In this document: piece by piece, positions 32,423 to 43,500 of the stretch
Numbering within the stretch: the first letter of the stretch is position 1
Layout of the letters: each line of letters opens with the position of its first letter
From: Bacteroidales bacterium
Lineage (GTDB): Bacteria; Bacteroidota; Bacteroidia; Bacteroidales; WCHB1-69
DNA length: 64,000 nucleotides
Direction of reading: 5' to 3'
NCBI GenBank assembly: GCA_017395245.1
Contig: JAFPVR010000114.1
Span: 645 to 64,644 of the forward strand
Translations under genes and position numbers: made by a program
The notes under the pieces: generated by a model
Databases searched by the model: none
Seen by the model: only the letters and a program-made list of their open reading frames with translations
What the model was told of the DNA's origin: nothing

Positions 32423-32436
32423 CGATTTTTTCGCAT

Positions 32437-32469
32437 TATAAAAATGGGGAACCCTTTCGAATCCCCCAT
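32437..32469 (-). terminator. intrinsic terminator of thrS
   Basis: Minus sense reads ATGGGGGATTC-GAAA-GGGTTCCCCAT followed by TTTTATAA. Confidence 0.7.
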
Positions 32470-32504
32470 TAGTCTCAAGTCTCAAGTCTTAAGTCTTAAT
32501 TCTC
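32470..32504 (-). repeat. 7-nt tandem array (5 units, RAGACTT family) overlapping the thrS stop
   Basis: Plus strand: tagtctc aagtctc aagtctt aagtctt aattctc. Stop at 32496-32498. Confidence 0.85.
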
Positions 32505-34433
32505 CAATTCCGCCTTGATGGCATTATTGATGAGGGTCACAAAGCCCTCCAACGGCATCGTGCCGTCGTTGATATTGCCGTGACGGCGCACGGAGACGGT
32601 GCCGTCCTTCTCCTCATTCTCGCCCACGATGACCATGTAGGGCACCTTGGCGGTTTCGGCGTCGCGGATCTTGCGGCCGGTCTTCTCGCTGCGCTCGTCG
32701 ATGTAGCAGCGGATGTCCTGCTCGTCCAACGCGGCCTGCACCTTGCGTGCGTAGTCCATGTACTTCTCGCTGATGGGCAGGATAACAACCTGGTCGGAGG
32801 TAAGCCACAACGGGAAGTTGCCGCCAGTGTGCTCCAGCAACACGGCCACAAAACGCTCCATGGAGCCGAACGGGGCGCGGTGGATCATCACCGGACGTTT
32901 CTTCTGACCGTCGGCATCGGTATATTCCAAACCGAAACGCTCGGGCAGGTTGTAATCGACTTGGACAGTACCCAGCTGCCACTCACGACCGATGGCATCC
33001 TTCACCATGAAGTCGAGCTTCGGACCGTAGAACGCAGCCTCGCCCTCCACCTCGATGGTGTTCAGACCCTTCTCGGCAGCAGCCTCGATGATGGCACGTT
33101 GCGCCTTCTCCCAATTCTCGTCCGTACCGATGTATTTCTCCTTATTGTTGGGGTCGCGCAAGGAAACCTGAGCCTTGTAGTTTTCGAACTTCAGAGTCTT
33201 GAAGATGTAGAGGATGATGTCGATGACCTTGCAGAACTCCTCCTTGATCTGATCAGCGGTGCAATAGAGATGCGCATCATCCTGCGTAAAGCCTCTAACC
33301 CTGGTCAGACCGTGCAGCTCACCGCTCTGCTCGTAACGATAGACGGTGCCGAACTCCGCGAGACGGAGGGGCAGTTCCTTGTACGAGCGCGGACGGGCGG
33401 CGTAAATCTGGCAGTGGTGCGGGCAGTTCATCGGCTTGAGGAAGAACTCCTCGCCCTCCTGAGGGGTAGTAATCGGGCGGAAGGAGTCCGCACCGTATTT
33501 GGCATAGTGGCCGGAGGTCTTATAGAGGTTGACGTTACCGATATGCGGGGTGATAACCTGCTGGTAGCCATACTTTTTCTGCACTTTGCGGAGGAACTGT
33601 TCGAGGCGGTCGCGCAGGGCGGCACCCTTGGGCAGCCACAACGGCAGACCCTGACCCACGAGCGGGGAGAAGGTGAACAATTCCAGCTCACGACCCAACT
33701 TGCGGTGGTCGCGTTTGGCGGCCTCTTCAAGGAGAGCCAAATATTCGTCGAGTTCTTTCTTCTTCGGGAAAGTGACGGCGTAGATACGGGTCAGTTGTTT
33801 GCGCTTCTCGTCGCCGCGCCAGTAAGCACCCGCTGTCTTCAGCAGCTTGATGGCCTTGATGGCGGAGGTATCGTGCAAGTGCGGACCACGGCAAAGGTCG
33901 GTGAAGGGACCGCTCTCGTAGAACGAGATCTGGCCATCTTCAAGACCGTCAATGAGTTCGAGTTTGTACTCATCTCCCTTCTTGGTGAAATAATCCAGAG
34001 CCTCCGCTTTCGGCACTTCGCGGCGCACGAACTGGATTTTCTGGGAGGCCAGTTCCTTCATCTTCTCCTCGATTTTCGGGAAGTCGTCGGAGGAGATGCT
34101 GTAGTCCATGAAGTCGATGTCGTAGTAGAAGCCGGTCTCAATGTGGGGTCCGATACCGAACTTCACACCCGGGTACAGCGACTCGATGGCGGCGGCCATG
34201 AGGTGCGCGGAACTGTGCCAGAAGGTGTCCTTTCCTTCGCGGTCGTTCCACGTGTAGAGGGTGAGGGTGGCGTCCTCGTTGATGGGTTTGTCGAGTTCCA
34301 CCAGTTGGTCGTTCACTTTAGCAACCAGCACGTTACGGGCCAGTCCTTCGCTAATGGCCTGCGCCACCTCGTAGGGGGTGCAGCCTTTTTCCATTTGTTT
34401 GACAGAGCCGTCAGGCAATGTAATGTTGATCAT
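32496..34433 (-). CDS. thrS: threonine--tRNA ligase
   Basis: 645 aa with an N-terminal TGS domain ([13 protein letters not shown]...), editing domain, class-II core and anticodon-binding domain. Confidence 0.95.
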   Translation of the reverse strand: MINITLPDGSVKQMEKGCTPYEVAQAISEGLARNVLVAKVNDQLVELDKPINEDATLTLYTWNDREGKDTFWHSSAHLMAAAIESLYPGVKFGIGPHIETGFYYDIDFMDYSISSDDFPKIEEKMKELASQKIQFVRREVPKAEALDYFTKKGDEYKLELIDGLEDGQISFYESGPFTDLCRGPHLHDTSAIKAIKLLKTAGAYWRGDEKRKQLTRIYAVTFPKKKELDEYLALLEEAAKRDHRKLGRELELFTFSPLVGQGLPLWLPKGAALRDRLEQFLRKVQKKYGYQQVITPHIGNVNLYKTSGHYAKYGADSFRPITTPQEGEEFFLKPMNCPHHCQIYAARPRSYKELPLRLAEFGTVYRYEQSGELHGLTRVRGFTQDDAHLYCTADQIKEEFCKVIDIILYIFKTLKFENYKAQVSLRDPNNKEKYIGTDENWEKAQRAIIEAAAEKGLNTIEVEGEAAFYGPKLDFMVKDAIGREWQLGTVQVDYNLPERFGLEYTDADGQKKRPVMIHRAPFGSMERFVAVLLEHTGGNFPLWLTSDQVVILPISEKYMDYARKVQAALDEQDIRCYIDERSEKTGRKIRDAETAKVPYMVIVGENEEKDGTVSVRRHGNINDGTMPLEGFVTLINNAIKAELEN

Positions 34434-34468
34434 ATCAATACTTTTTATCCATTTTCAAAAAAAGTCGG

Positions 34469-34476
34469 CAAAAGTA
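34469..34476 (-). promoter_or_regulatory. -7 box (TACTTTTG)
   Basis: 36 nt upstream of the thrS ATG at 34433. Confidence 0.55.
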
Positions 34477-34507
34477 CGAATTTTTCGGATATGGGGAGAC
34501 GGGATTT

Positions 34508-37500
34508 TTACTTCACCCACACCTCATCCACGAACAACCAGGCCTGCTGGCCGGCACTCAGATGCCACTCGGGAAGCTTGCCGTAGTTTCGGATGACAAT
34601 CTTCACGTAGCGGGCATTGGCCTTGCCACGGACTTCAACGTCTTGGATATGTGCGCCTTCGGTGCGCGGGACGTTCACCTCCGTCTTGCCGAAGAGCTTG
34701 TAGTCCTTGCCATCGTCGGAGATGTAGACCTCCATGGCCGTCGGGTAGAAGATCCAGGCGCGCTGCTCCTCCAACACGCCCGCACCGACCTTGCTAACCG
34801 CTTTCTTCTCCCGCAGGTCGAGAATCACCTCGCAGTCGGTGGTGAAGCCCTGCCAGCCTCCGATGCGGTAGTTGACCTTGCCGCGCAGGTTGTCCACCAA
34901 CCCCGCGTCGCCGCCGGCATAGTACTGCGGATTGGGCATGGTGACGTATGTCAAATCCTTGTCGCGGGTGTAGCGCACGTAATGCGCCTCCGCCACCTGG
35001 CTGGTCTTACCCTTCACATCCACCGCCACCGCCTTGATGGTCATGTCTTTGTCAACCAAAATAGGCTCCTTATAGAGGATACCGGTCTTCGGTGAGGGTT
35101 CGCGTCCATCGGTGGTGTAGAATATGGCATAGCCTCCGTCGCCATCCACCGGCACGGCGTGTATCTGAGCTTTCAAATCGCGCTTCGCATCCGGCTTCAC
35201 CTCATCCTGCTTCTCCCTTTTTGGGGCGACGTTCTTATGGGTCATATCCATCACCTCCGGCATCATCAGTGCAATGCGGGTCTGGTCCTGGAAGGAGACC
35301 TTGTCGGTGGAGAAGACCGGCACCGGCACAATGGCCATCTTCGGGTCTATACGCGTCACGGGCATGTTGCCTGCGCCTCTGCCCCAGGCCTCGCCGGGTT
35401 TGTCACCCATCGTGAACACCAGTTCACCACCCTTGGAAATCTCCTCGTATGTGAGGTAGGAACGGGTCAGCGGTTTGCCGTTCAACGTCACCGTCTGGAT
35501 ATACGGTTTGTCGCCATTCTTGATGATAGTCAGAGGTTTGGATTTTTCCAATTGGAGATCTACGCGATCGAAGAGCGGATAGCCGATGATGTACTGGTTG
35601 CTGCCCGGACAGACGGGATAGAAGCCCACCGCGCTGAGCACGTACCACGCCGACATCTGGCCGCAGTCCTCGTTGCCGCACAATCCGTCGGGCTTGGAAG
35701 TGTAGAGTTCCGTGAGGATTTTCTTGACCATCTCCTGCGTTTTGTCGGGACGGCCCACGAAGTTGTAGAGGTAGGCGGCGTGATGGCTCGGTTCATTGCC
35801 GTGGGCATACTGCCCGATGACGCCGGTGATGTCGCTTTGCTGGCGACCGGCCATCTCGGAGGAGGAGTTGAAGAGGCGGTCGAGGAACATTTCCATCTTC
35901 TTAGGACCGCCCATCATGTCGATGTAGCTGTTGAAATCGTGCGGCACGTACGTGGTGTATTGCCAACAGTTGGCCTCGGTGTAGAAATTGTTGACCTCGC
36001 GCGGGTTGAACGGGGTCATAAAGCCGCCGTTCATCCTGCCGCGCATGAAACCGCTCGGATCCATAATGTTTTTATAGGACTGTGCACGACGGATGTATTC
36101 GTCATAAACCTTCTGATTTCCAATGGCTTTGGCATACATAGCAATACACCAGTCGTCGTAAGCATACTCCAATGTCTTCGACACGGACTCGTTCTCCATG
36201 TCACCCGGCACGAAGCCGTATTTGACGTACTCGGGACGACCAAGTTTGTTGAGGTTGGCCGTGGCAATCATCGCCTCCAACATCTCGTCGGCAGGGAAAT
36301 CGTTGATGCCCTTCTGGTAGGCATCGAAGACAACGGGGACGGCATGGTAACCAATCATACACCAGGTTTCAAACGCCGACAGCTCCCACATGGGCAGGTA
36401 ACCCGACTGGCGGTACTGGTTCATAAACGTGTAGAGGAAGTCCGCGCTGCGTTTGCGGTCGATGATGTTGAGCAGCGGATGCAGGGCGCGATAGGTGTCC
36501 CACAGGGAGAAAACGGTGTACATCTTCCTGTCCCCATCCACATGGTGGATTTTCTGATCTTCACCACGATAGCGGCCGTCAAGGTCGGAATAAAGATACG
36601 GCGAGGTAAAGCAATGATACAAAGCCGTATAGAAGGTCTTAAGATATTCGGTGTTTTTGGAAACAACTCTGATTTTGCCCAGTTCCTTGTTCCAAATCTC
36701 CGTCGCCTGCTTATGCACACGGTCGAAGTTGAAATCGGCAACCTCGGTCTGGTTGTTGACAGCCCCACTCATATCGACGGCGGAGATGGCCACCTTGACC
36801 ACCACCTGCGTGACTCTCTCGTCGAAATAGAGAACCGCCTTGCAATTGGTACCCTTTATCTCTTTGACGTTCACAGGTTTGTCATCTTGATAATAAACGA
36901 CTTCCGTGGGATTGACGGAGGTTTTGAGGGAGAAGGCGCAGTACTGGTCGTCATTCCAAGCTTCGGAACGGCGGAATCCCACCAAATCATTGGCTTTAAG
37001 GGTCATATAGCTCTCAAGCGTTTTATCGCGATGCTTCAAATCGACAATAATGCCGTGCTTGCCGTCCTTGGGGAAGGTGTAGCGGTGCACACCCACGTAG
37101 TTAGCAGCGGTCATCTCGGCATTGATACCGTTGTCGAATTTCACTGCGTAGTAACCGGGCTCAGCCTTCTCGTTGGCATGAGAGAAAGCGAGGGCGTACT
37201 TCTCGTTGATGACAGAGGGCTCGCCGACAAACGGGGTGACGAGAATGTCGCCGTAGTCCTCGCAGCCGGTACCATTGAGGTGGGTGTGCGAGAAGCCGTA
37301 GATGCGGTTGTCGCTGTAGTGGTAGGCGGAACAGCCGTCCCAGCCCTCCAAACGCGAGTCCGGACTAAGCTGGATGGCGCCAAACGGCAGGATGGCACCG
37401 GGATAGGTGTGTCCATGCTCGGCAGTACCCACGAACGGGTTGACATACTGCGACTGCGCATTGCCGACAAAAACGGCGATAATCAGCGCAAACAGAATCA

Positions 37501-37516
37501 AAGTTGTCTTTTTCAT
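34508..37516 (-). CDS. GH92-family glycoside hydrolase (alpha-mannosidase-like) with C-terminal CHB_HEX_C-like and discoidin (F5/8 type C)-like domains
   Basis: 1002 aa. Signal peptide, then the GH92 N-terminal hallmark YVNPFVGTAEHGHTYPGAILPFGAIQLSPDS. The C-terminal ~250 aa resemble carbohydrate-binding modules. Confidence 0.88.
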   Translation of the reverse strand: MKKTTLILFALIIAVFVGNAQSQYVNPFVGTAEHGHTYPGAILPFGAIQLSPDSRLEGWDGCSAYHYSDNRIYGFSHTHLNGTGCEDYGDILVTPFVGEPSVINEKYALAFSHANEKAEPGYYAVKFDNGINAEMTAANYVGVHRYTFPKDGKHGIIVDLKHRDKTLESYMTLKANDLVGFRRSEAWNDDQYCAFSLKTSVNPTEVVYYQDDKPVNVKEIKGTNCKAVLYFDERVTQVVVKVAISAVDMSGAVNNQTEVADFNFDRVHKQATEIWNKELGKIRVVSKNTEYLKTFYTALYHCFTSPYLYSDLDGRYRGEDQKIHHVDGDRKMYTVFSLWDTYRALHPLLNIIDRKRSADFLYTFMNQYRQSGYLPMWELSAFETWCMIGYHAVPVVFDAYQKGINDFPADEMLEAMIATANLNKLGRPEYVKYGFVPGDMENESVSKTLEYAYDDWCIAMYAKAIGNQKVYDEYIRRAQSYKNIMDPSGFMRGRMNGGFMTPFNPREVNNFYTEANCWQYTTYVPHDFNSYIDMMGGPKKMEMFLDRLFNSSSEMAGRQQSDITGVIGQYAHGNEPSHHAAYLYNFVGRPDKTQEMVKKILTELYTSKPDGLCGNEDCGQMSAWYVLSAVGFYPVCPGSNQYIIGYPLFDRVDLQLEKSKPLTIIKNGDKPYIQTVTLNGKPLTRSYLTYEEISKGGELVFTMGDKPGEAWGRGAGNMPVTRIDPKMAIVPVPVFSTDKVSFQDQTRIALMMPEVMDMTHKNVAPKREKQDEVKPDAKRDLKAQIHAVPVDGDGGYAIFYTTDGREPSPKTGILYKEPILVDKDMTIKAVAVDVKGKTSQVAEAHYVRYTRDKDLTYVTMPNPQYYAGGDAGLVDNLRGKVNYRIGGWQGFTTDCEVILDLREKKAVSKVGAGVLEEQRAWIFYPTAMEVYISDDGKDYKLFGKTEVNVPRTEGAHIQDVEVRGKANARYVKIVIRNYGKLPEWHLSAGQQAWLFVDEVWVK

Positions 37517-37582
37517 TTTATTGTTATTTTTTATTTGTTATTATCGTTTTGTCAACGTTATAAAAATTTAAAAATCATTTCC

Positions 37583-40500
37583 TTACAGCACCGTAATACT
37601 TCCCACCAACTTCTGCGGCCGTCCTGCCGTGTCCGTGTACTCAATCACATAGTTGTAAATCGTCTGATACTGGGTCTGGCCACGGTACTCGCCGTACCAA
37701 CGGAAATTCTTGTCCGTGCTGTAGAAGACCAGCTCGCCCCAACGGTTGTAGATGTAGACCTTGAAGAGGTTGATGTTGGAGGTGAAACCTTCCGGAATGT
37801 AGAAACAGTCGTTGAGGCCGTCCCCGCGTGAGGGGGTGATGGCATTGGGAAGCACAAGCTCGTAGTGGCAGCCTTCCACCCGGATATGCGCCGTCGCGCT
37901 GCAGCCACCCTCCGTGGCTGTCACCGAGTAAATGCCCGGCGATGTCACCACGATGGTCGTGGCTGTTTCGCCCGTGCTCCATACGTAGTCCGTCATCGGG
38001 CTCAAAACTGTCAGCGAGGCCTCGTTGTACTCGCAGAAGTCTTCCGTCAGCATCTCAATGCGCAAGGCCGTGTCAATGATTGTAAGCTGCAACGTCACCA
38101 CGCTGTCGCAACCATTGACCGTCTGCAGGTTCTGCACGCGTGTGAGCTCACCCGCCCCTATCGTCTCCTGCGGGCTGATGGCGAAGCCGTTCGCGTTGTA
38201 GCCCTCACCTTCGCAGACCGTGGCTTCGACAAGTTCAGCCACCACTGGGTTGACCGTCAAAAGCAGGACAACCATGCTGTCGCAGTGACCTGTGGCATGG
38301 TGTTGCTCGAAGGTGTAAACGCCCGCTTCCACAGTCTGATCCGCAGTAACATCAAAGTTGTATTCTGTATAAGTTTCACCTTGGCAGACACTTGCGGTAA
38401 CCGTATCGACAGAATTCGGCCATACATTGACCGTCACTACATTGCTATAGACCGTGCCGCAACTCTGACTCACCCATGCGCGACGCAACGAGAAAGCGTA
38501 GGCCGCGGTGTTCGGATAGGTGTAGCCCTGGGCATTGGCCGTACCGGGCGCAGGAGCCCAGTCCGTGCCGTTCGTGCTTATCTGCCACTGGTAGCCGCCA
38601 TTGTTGCCGCCCGAAGCCACCGTGCCCGTGAAGGGGGCAATGTCCTCGCCGTCGCACACCTCCTGCGAGGCGGCGATAGTGCCGGGTGTCAACTCGCCAT
38701 TCAGCGTATTGAGCGTCACCGTAGCGGTGGCTGTACAGCCAATGTGGTCTGTCACCGTGAAGGTGTACGTCCCCGCCGGACGGTTGCTGATGGAGGTTGT
38801 CATGGCGATATTCGTACCCGAGGCGTTCGTCCAAGCGTAGGTCATCGGGGTCTGCCCGCCTGTAACCGAAGCTGTGGCAGAACCCGTGGATTCGCCGTAG
38901 CAGGTGATGTGGGTGACATTACCGATGTTGGCAGAAATATTGTCCACAGAGAGGTGATACGTCACCACGCTGTCGGCCCCGTGCGAGGTGAGCAGCGTCA
39001 CCACGTGCGTGCCCGCCGCCGTGAAACTGTACCCGTGCCAGGTGTACGGCAGGTCGTCGGCGCAGACGGTGGTGTCGACGGTGGTCGTCACGTTCTGATA
39101 TACGGTCAGATGAATTGTCAGGACGCTGTCGCAGCCGAGTGTGTTTGTGAAATTTTGGGTGTAGGTGCCCGCTTCGATATACGAGATTTCGTTATATTGA
39201 AGGGGCAGGGCATTTTCGATGACAGCCGTGTCGATTGTGGCGTTCGTGACATGGTTCACGGTCAAATGCATCGTCACCACCGAGTCGCAGCCGAGAACAT
39301 TGGCATACGTATGCGGGTAATCGCCGGAAGTGGTGTACGTCACGCCACTCCATACAAAGCTTTCGCATACAGTGGTATCCAGCTCCGAATAGACGGAGGC
39401 CCGGAATGTGACGACAACCGAGGTATCCACCGAGCATCCGGATGTATCATAAATAGTGAAAGTATAGACAATAGTGGTGTCGTGGTCGAGATCCGCCGGC
39501 GGTTGGATGGTGAAGACCGAGTCGTTTACGGGTGTCACCCACGGACCTTGCGCTGTGGAGTAGTCAAAGACAAAGGTTGCTTCCGGCAACGCTTCGGTAC
39601 TCAAGGCCAATTCCCAACCGAAGATGTAGCCGTTGTCCACGCTCCAGCCGTCCATCACCTCGATAAACCAAGAGCCGTTCAGCGGACAACCTATCAGGTT
39701 GCTAAACGAATCGTCGGGATGGTAGAAGTGCGTGCCGGCCGCCACATTGGAGGAATCAACAATGCCATTATGCTCGTTTTCAGCACGGTAAATCAGGCTT
39801 CCCTCGCCCGGCGCATACGTGTAGCCCTGCGTAGTGTTGTTCGACCAGCAGTAATTCCATCCATTGCCCGGTTCGTTTCCAAAAGCAGTCGGGTCGCAAG
39901 TGCTCACGGAATAGTCGTATGCATCCCCTAAGAAGGTGCCCACATCCAGATTTGATCCGCTCTGCCAGCCGCGCGACGAAGGCGCTATCTGCGAGTTGCA
40001 ACTTGAACTACCCCAGCCTCCATATTTCAACAAATCCGCTTTTTGTCCATTGGGACAGGTGATATTAATATAAAGGTCGCCAATCCAGGAGTGCTCCATG
40101 TTGAGACGCACGTAGTAAATGTCGTCCACGCTCTCTATCGTGTCGCCGGGGGCGTAGGCCGAGAAGGTCAGCGGCGACTGGTAGGAACAACCGTATGGGT
40201 CACAGGAATATCCGTCGGGCAGGAAGATGGTGTCGGACAAAGTGAGCGTTGTCTCCCGGTTGCCCAAGAGGATATTGCTGCCCGGCTGGTAGCCCACCGT
40301 CACTGTATAAGCGCTGCCCGCGCAGAGCGAAGTGTCTATATCCACCGAAATGATCGGGTCATAAGTGGATGATACATAGTGTTCTGCGGTAACAGAGCAT
40401 CCGTAATTGTCTACTACCGTCACCGAGTAGAGACCTGCGGCGGTCACCGTAATGGACTGTGTCGTGTCGCCGGTATTCCACATATAGGAAGAGGCGTAGT

Positions 40501-43500
40501 CGGCGGTAAGGGCCACCGACGAATCCAAACACATCACAGAAGGACCTGCAATATGGTACGGAATGACGGGATAGGTGTTCAGCGTCATCACCACCGTGCT
40601 GTCCGCACCGGTAGCGGCGGCAAGGACCGCGTTCTGTGTGCCTGTCTCTGTAAAAGTGACCCCGTTCCAGGTGAACGGCAGCTCACTTTCGCAAACGGTG
40701 GAGTCAATCTCGGATGTCACGTTGGGGAAGACCGTCAGCGTGAGGGTGAGGATACTGTCGCAGCCAGAGACATTTGTTAAATACTGGATGTAAATGCCTT
40801 CTTCGATATACGAGATTTCGTTATATTGATAGGGCAATGCGTTTTCGACAATGGCCGTGTCGATAGTGCCGTAGGTGGTCGGAAGCATGGTCACCGTCAT
40901 GGTGATGGTGCTGTCCGCACCGGTATGGGCCAGGATGGTGGTCGTCTTCGTGCCCGCCACCGTGAACACGCTGTCGTTCCACGTGAACGGAAAGGCGGTT
41001 TCGCAGACGGCGGAATCGAGCTCGGAAGTGACGTTGGGGAAAACATTTAGGTTAACTGTCAGGATACTGTCACAGCCTGAAGCATTTGTTAAGTATTGGG
41101 TGTAGATGCCGGCTTCGACATACGTGCTGTCGTTATATTGATAAGGCAGGGCATTTTCGATGACGGCCAGTGTCACCGTGCCGTAGGTCGTCGAGGATTC
41201 CGTCACCGTCATCACCACTACGCTGTCCGCGCCCGTGGCGGCCTGCAGCAACACGCTGTCGGTGCCCGCCGCCGAAAACACCACGCCGTTCCAGGTAATC
41301 GGGAAACCGCCCTCGCAGACGATGGAATCCACCTCGACCATAACGTTAATCTGGAGGGTAAGAACACTGTCGCAACCCGCTGCATTCGTCAGGTATTGGG
41401 TGTAAATGCCAGCTTCGACATACGTGCTGTCGTTATATTGGATGGGCAGGGTGTTCACGTTGACGAGGGTGTCGAATGTGCCGTAGGTGGTCGGGAGCAT
41501 CGTCACCGTCATGGTGATGGCGCTGTCCGCACCGGTGTGGGCCAGAATCGTGGTAACTTTCGTACCGGCTTCCGTAAACACGCTGTCGTTCCATGTAAAC
41601 GGGAAGGCGGTTTCGCAGACGGCGGAATCAAGTTCCACTATAACGCCAAGATGGAGGGTGAGAATACTGTCGCAGCCGGCCGCATTCGTCAGCAATTGGG
41701 TATAGATACCTGCTTCGACATACGTGCTATCGTTATATTGATAGGGCAAGGCGTTTTCGATGACAGCCGTGTCGAAGGTGCCGTAGGTGGTCGGAGTCAC
41801 CGTCAGGGTCATCACCACGGTGCTGTCCGCGCCTTCTGCGGACAGAATGGTGGTGGTCTTCGTGCCCGCCGCCGTGAACACGCTGTCGTTCCAGGTGATG
41901 GGCAATTCGCCTTCGCAAACGACGGAGTCAACGAACGTGGTCACGTTCTCGTAAACATTGATAACGACGGTAAGGACGCTGTCGCAGCCGGCCGCGTTCG
42001 TCAGGTATTGGGTGTAGGTACCGGCTCCGGCACACGTACTGTCGTTATATTGATAGGGCAAGGCATTTTCGATGACGGCCAGCGTCACCGTGCCGTAGGT
42101 CGTCGGGGATTCCGTCACCGTCATCACCACCACGCTGTCCGCGCCCGTGGCGGCCTGCAGCAACACACTGTCGATGCCCGCCGCCGCAAACACCACGCCG
42201 TTCCAAGTGATCGGGAAACCGCCCTCGCAAACGACGGAGTCGAGATAGTTCGTCACGTTGGGGTAAACCGTCAGGGAGAGGGTGAGGATGCTGTCGCAAC
42301 CGGCGGCATTTGTGAGGTATTGGGTGTAAGTGCCGGCTTCGACATACGTGCTGTCGTTATATTGATAAGGCAAGGCGTTTTCGACAACAGCCGTGTCAAA
42401 GGTGCCGTAGGTGGTCGGAAGCACGGTGAGATTCATCGTGATGGTGCTGTCCGCGCCGGTGTGGGACAAGATCGTGGTCATTTTTGTTCCCGCTGCAGTG
42501 AAGATGCTGTCGTTCCAAGTGATGGGAAGCTCGCCCTCGCAGACGGTGGAGTCGATTTCAGAAGTCACATTCGGGAAAACCGCCAGGGTGAGGGTGAGGA
42601 TGCTGTCGCAGCCTAAAGAATTCGTCAAATATTGGGTGTAAGTACCAGCTTCGATATACGAGATGTCGTTATATTGATATGGTAGGGCATTTTCGATGAC
42701 GGCCGTATCGAAAGAGCCATAGGTAGTCGGAATCATCGTCACCGTCATGGTAATGGTGCTGTCCGCGCCCGTGTGGGCGAAGATGTTGGTCGTCTTCGTG
42801 CCTGCCGCCGTAAATACGCTGTCGTTCCAGGTAAACGGGAAGGCTGTTTCACAGACGGCGGAATCGAGCTCGGAAGTGACATTGGGGAAGACCGTCAGAG
42901 TGAGCGTGAGGATACTGTCGCAGCCGGCAGAATTCACCAGCATCTGGGTGTAGGTTCCGGCTTCGACATACGAGATTTCGTTATGTTGATAAGGCAGGGC
43001 ATTTTCGATGACCGCCGTGTCGAGGGTGCCGTAGGTGGTCGGAATGACGGTCAGCGTCATCGTGATGGTGCTGTCCGCGCCGGTATGGGCCGGAATGGTG
43101 GTCGTTATCGTTCCTGCTGCATTGAAGATGCTGTCGTTCCAGATGACTGGGAGCTCGCCTTCGCAGACGGTGGAGTCAATTTCAGCGGCAACATTCGGAA
43201 AAACCGTCAGGGTAATGGTGAGGAGGCTGTCGCAGCCGGCAGCATTTGTCAAGTACTGGGTGTAAGTGCCTGCTTCGACATACGTGCTGTCGTTATAGTG
43301 ATAGGGCAAGGCGTTTTCGACGATGGTCGTGTCGAAGGTGCCGTAGGTGGTCGGGACTACGGAAACATTCATCACCACCAGGCTGTCCGCACCGGTGGAA
43401 GCCGTCAAAATGGCCACCAGCGTGTCCGCCTGCGTGAACGTCACTCCGTTCCAGATGAACGGCAGCGCACCCTCGCAAATGGTGCTGTCCGCCGCATTGG

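Noticed and set aside
37517-37582. AT-rich 66-bp gap between the giant gene and GH92 as a promoter
   Set aside because: There is no TAnnTTTG match, only TAAATTTTTA-like sequence. GH92 may be co-transcribed or use a non-canonical promoter, and I cannot support a call.
35159-37831. 890-aa plus-strand ORF, and many other long antisense ORFs (for example 32580..34586, 37865..39931, 41096..42616, 42773..44497, 44630..46753, 48176..49483, 50117..51268, 14372..15472, 21754..22860, 26592..27497, 23973..24911)
   Set aside because: Each lies fully opposite a gene with clear family motifs (GH92, thrS, the giant protein, HlyD, argS, ALDH, mpl). Their products are low-complexity and rich in R, G, V, A and H. 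They cross intergenic gaps without regard to promoters. This is typical of shadow ORFs in GC-rich coding DNA.
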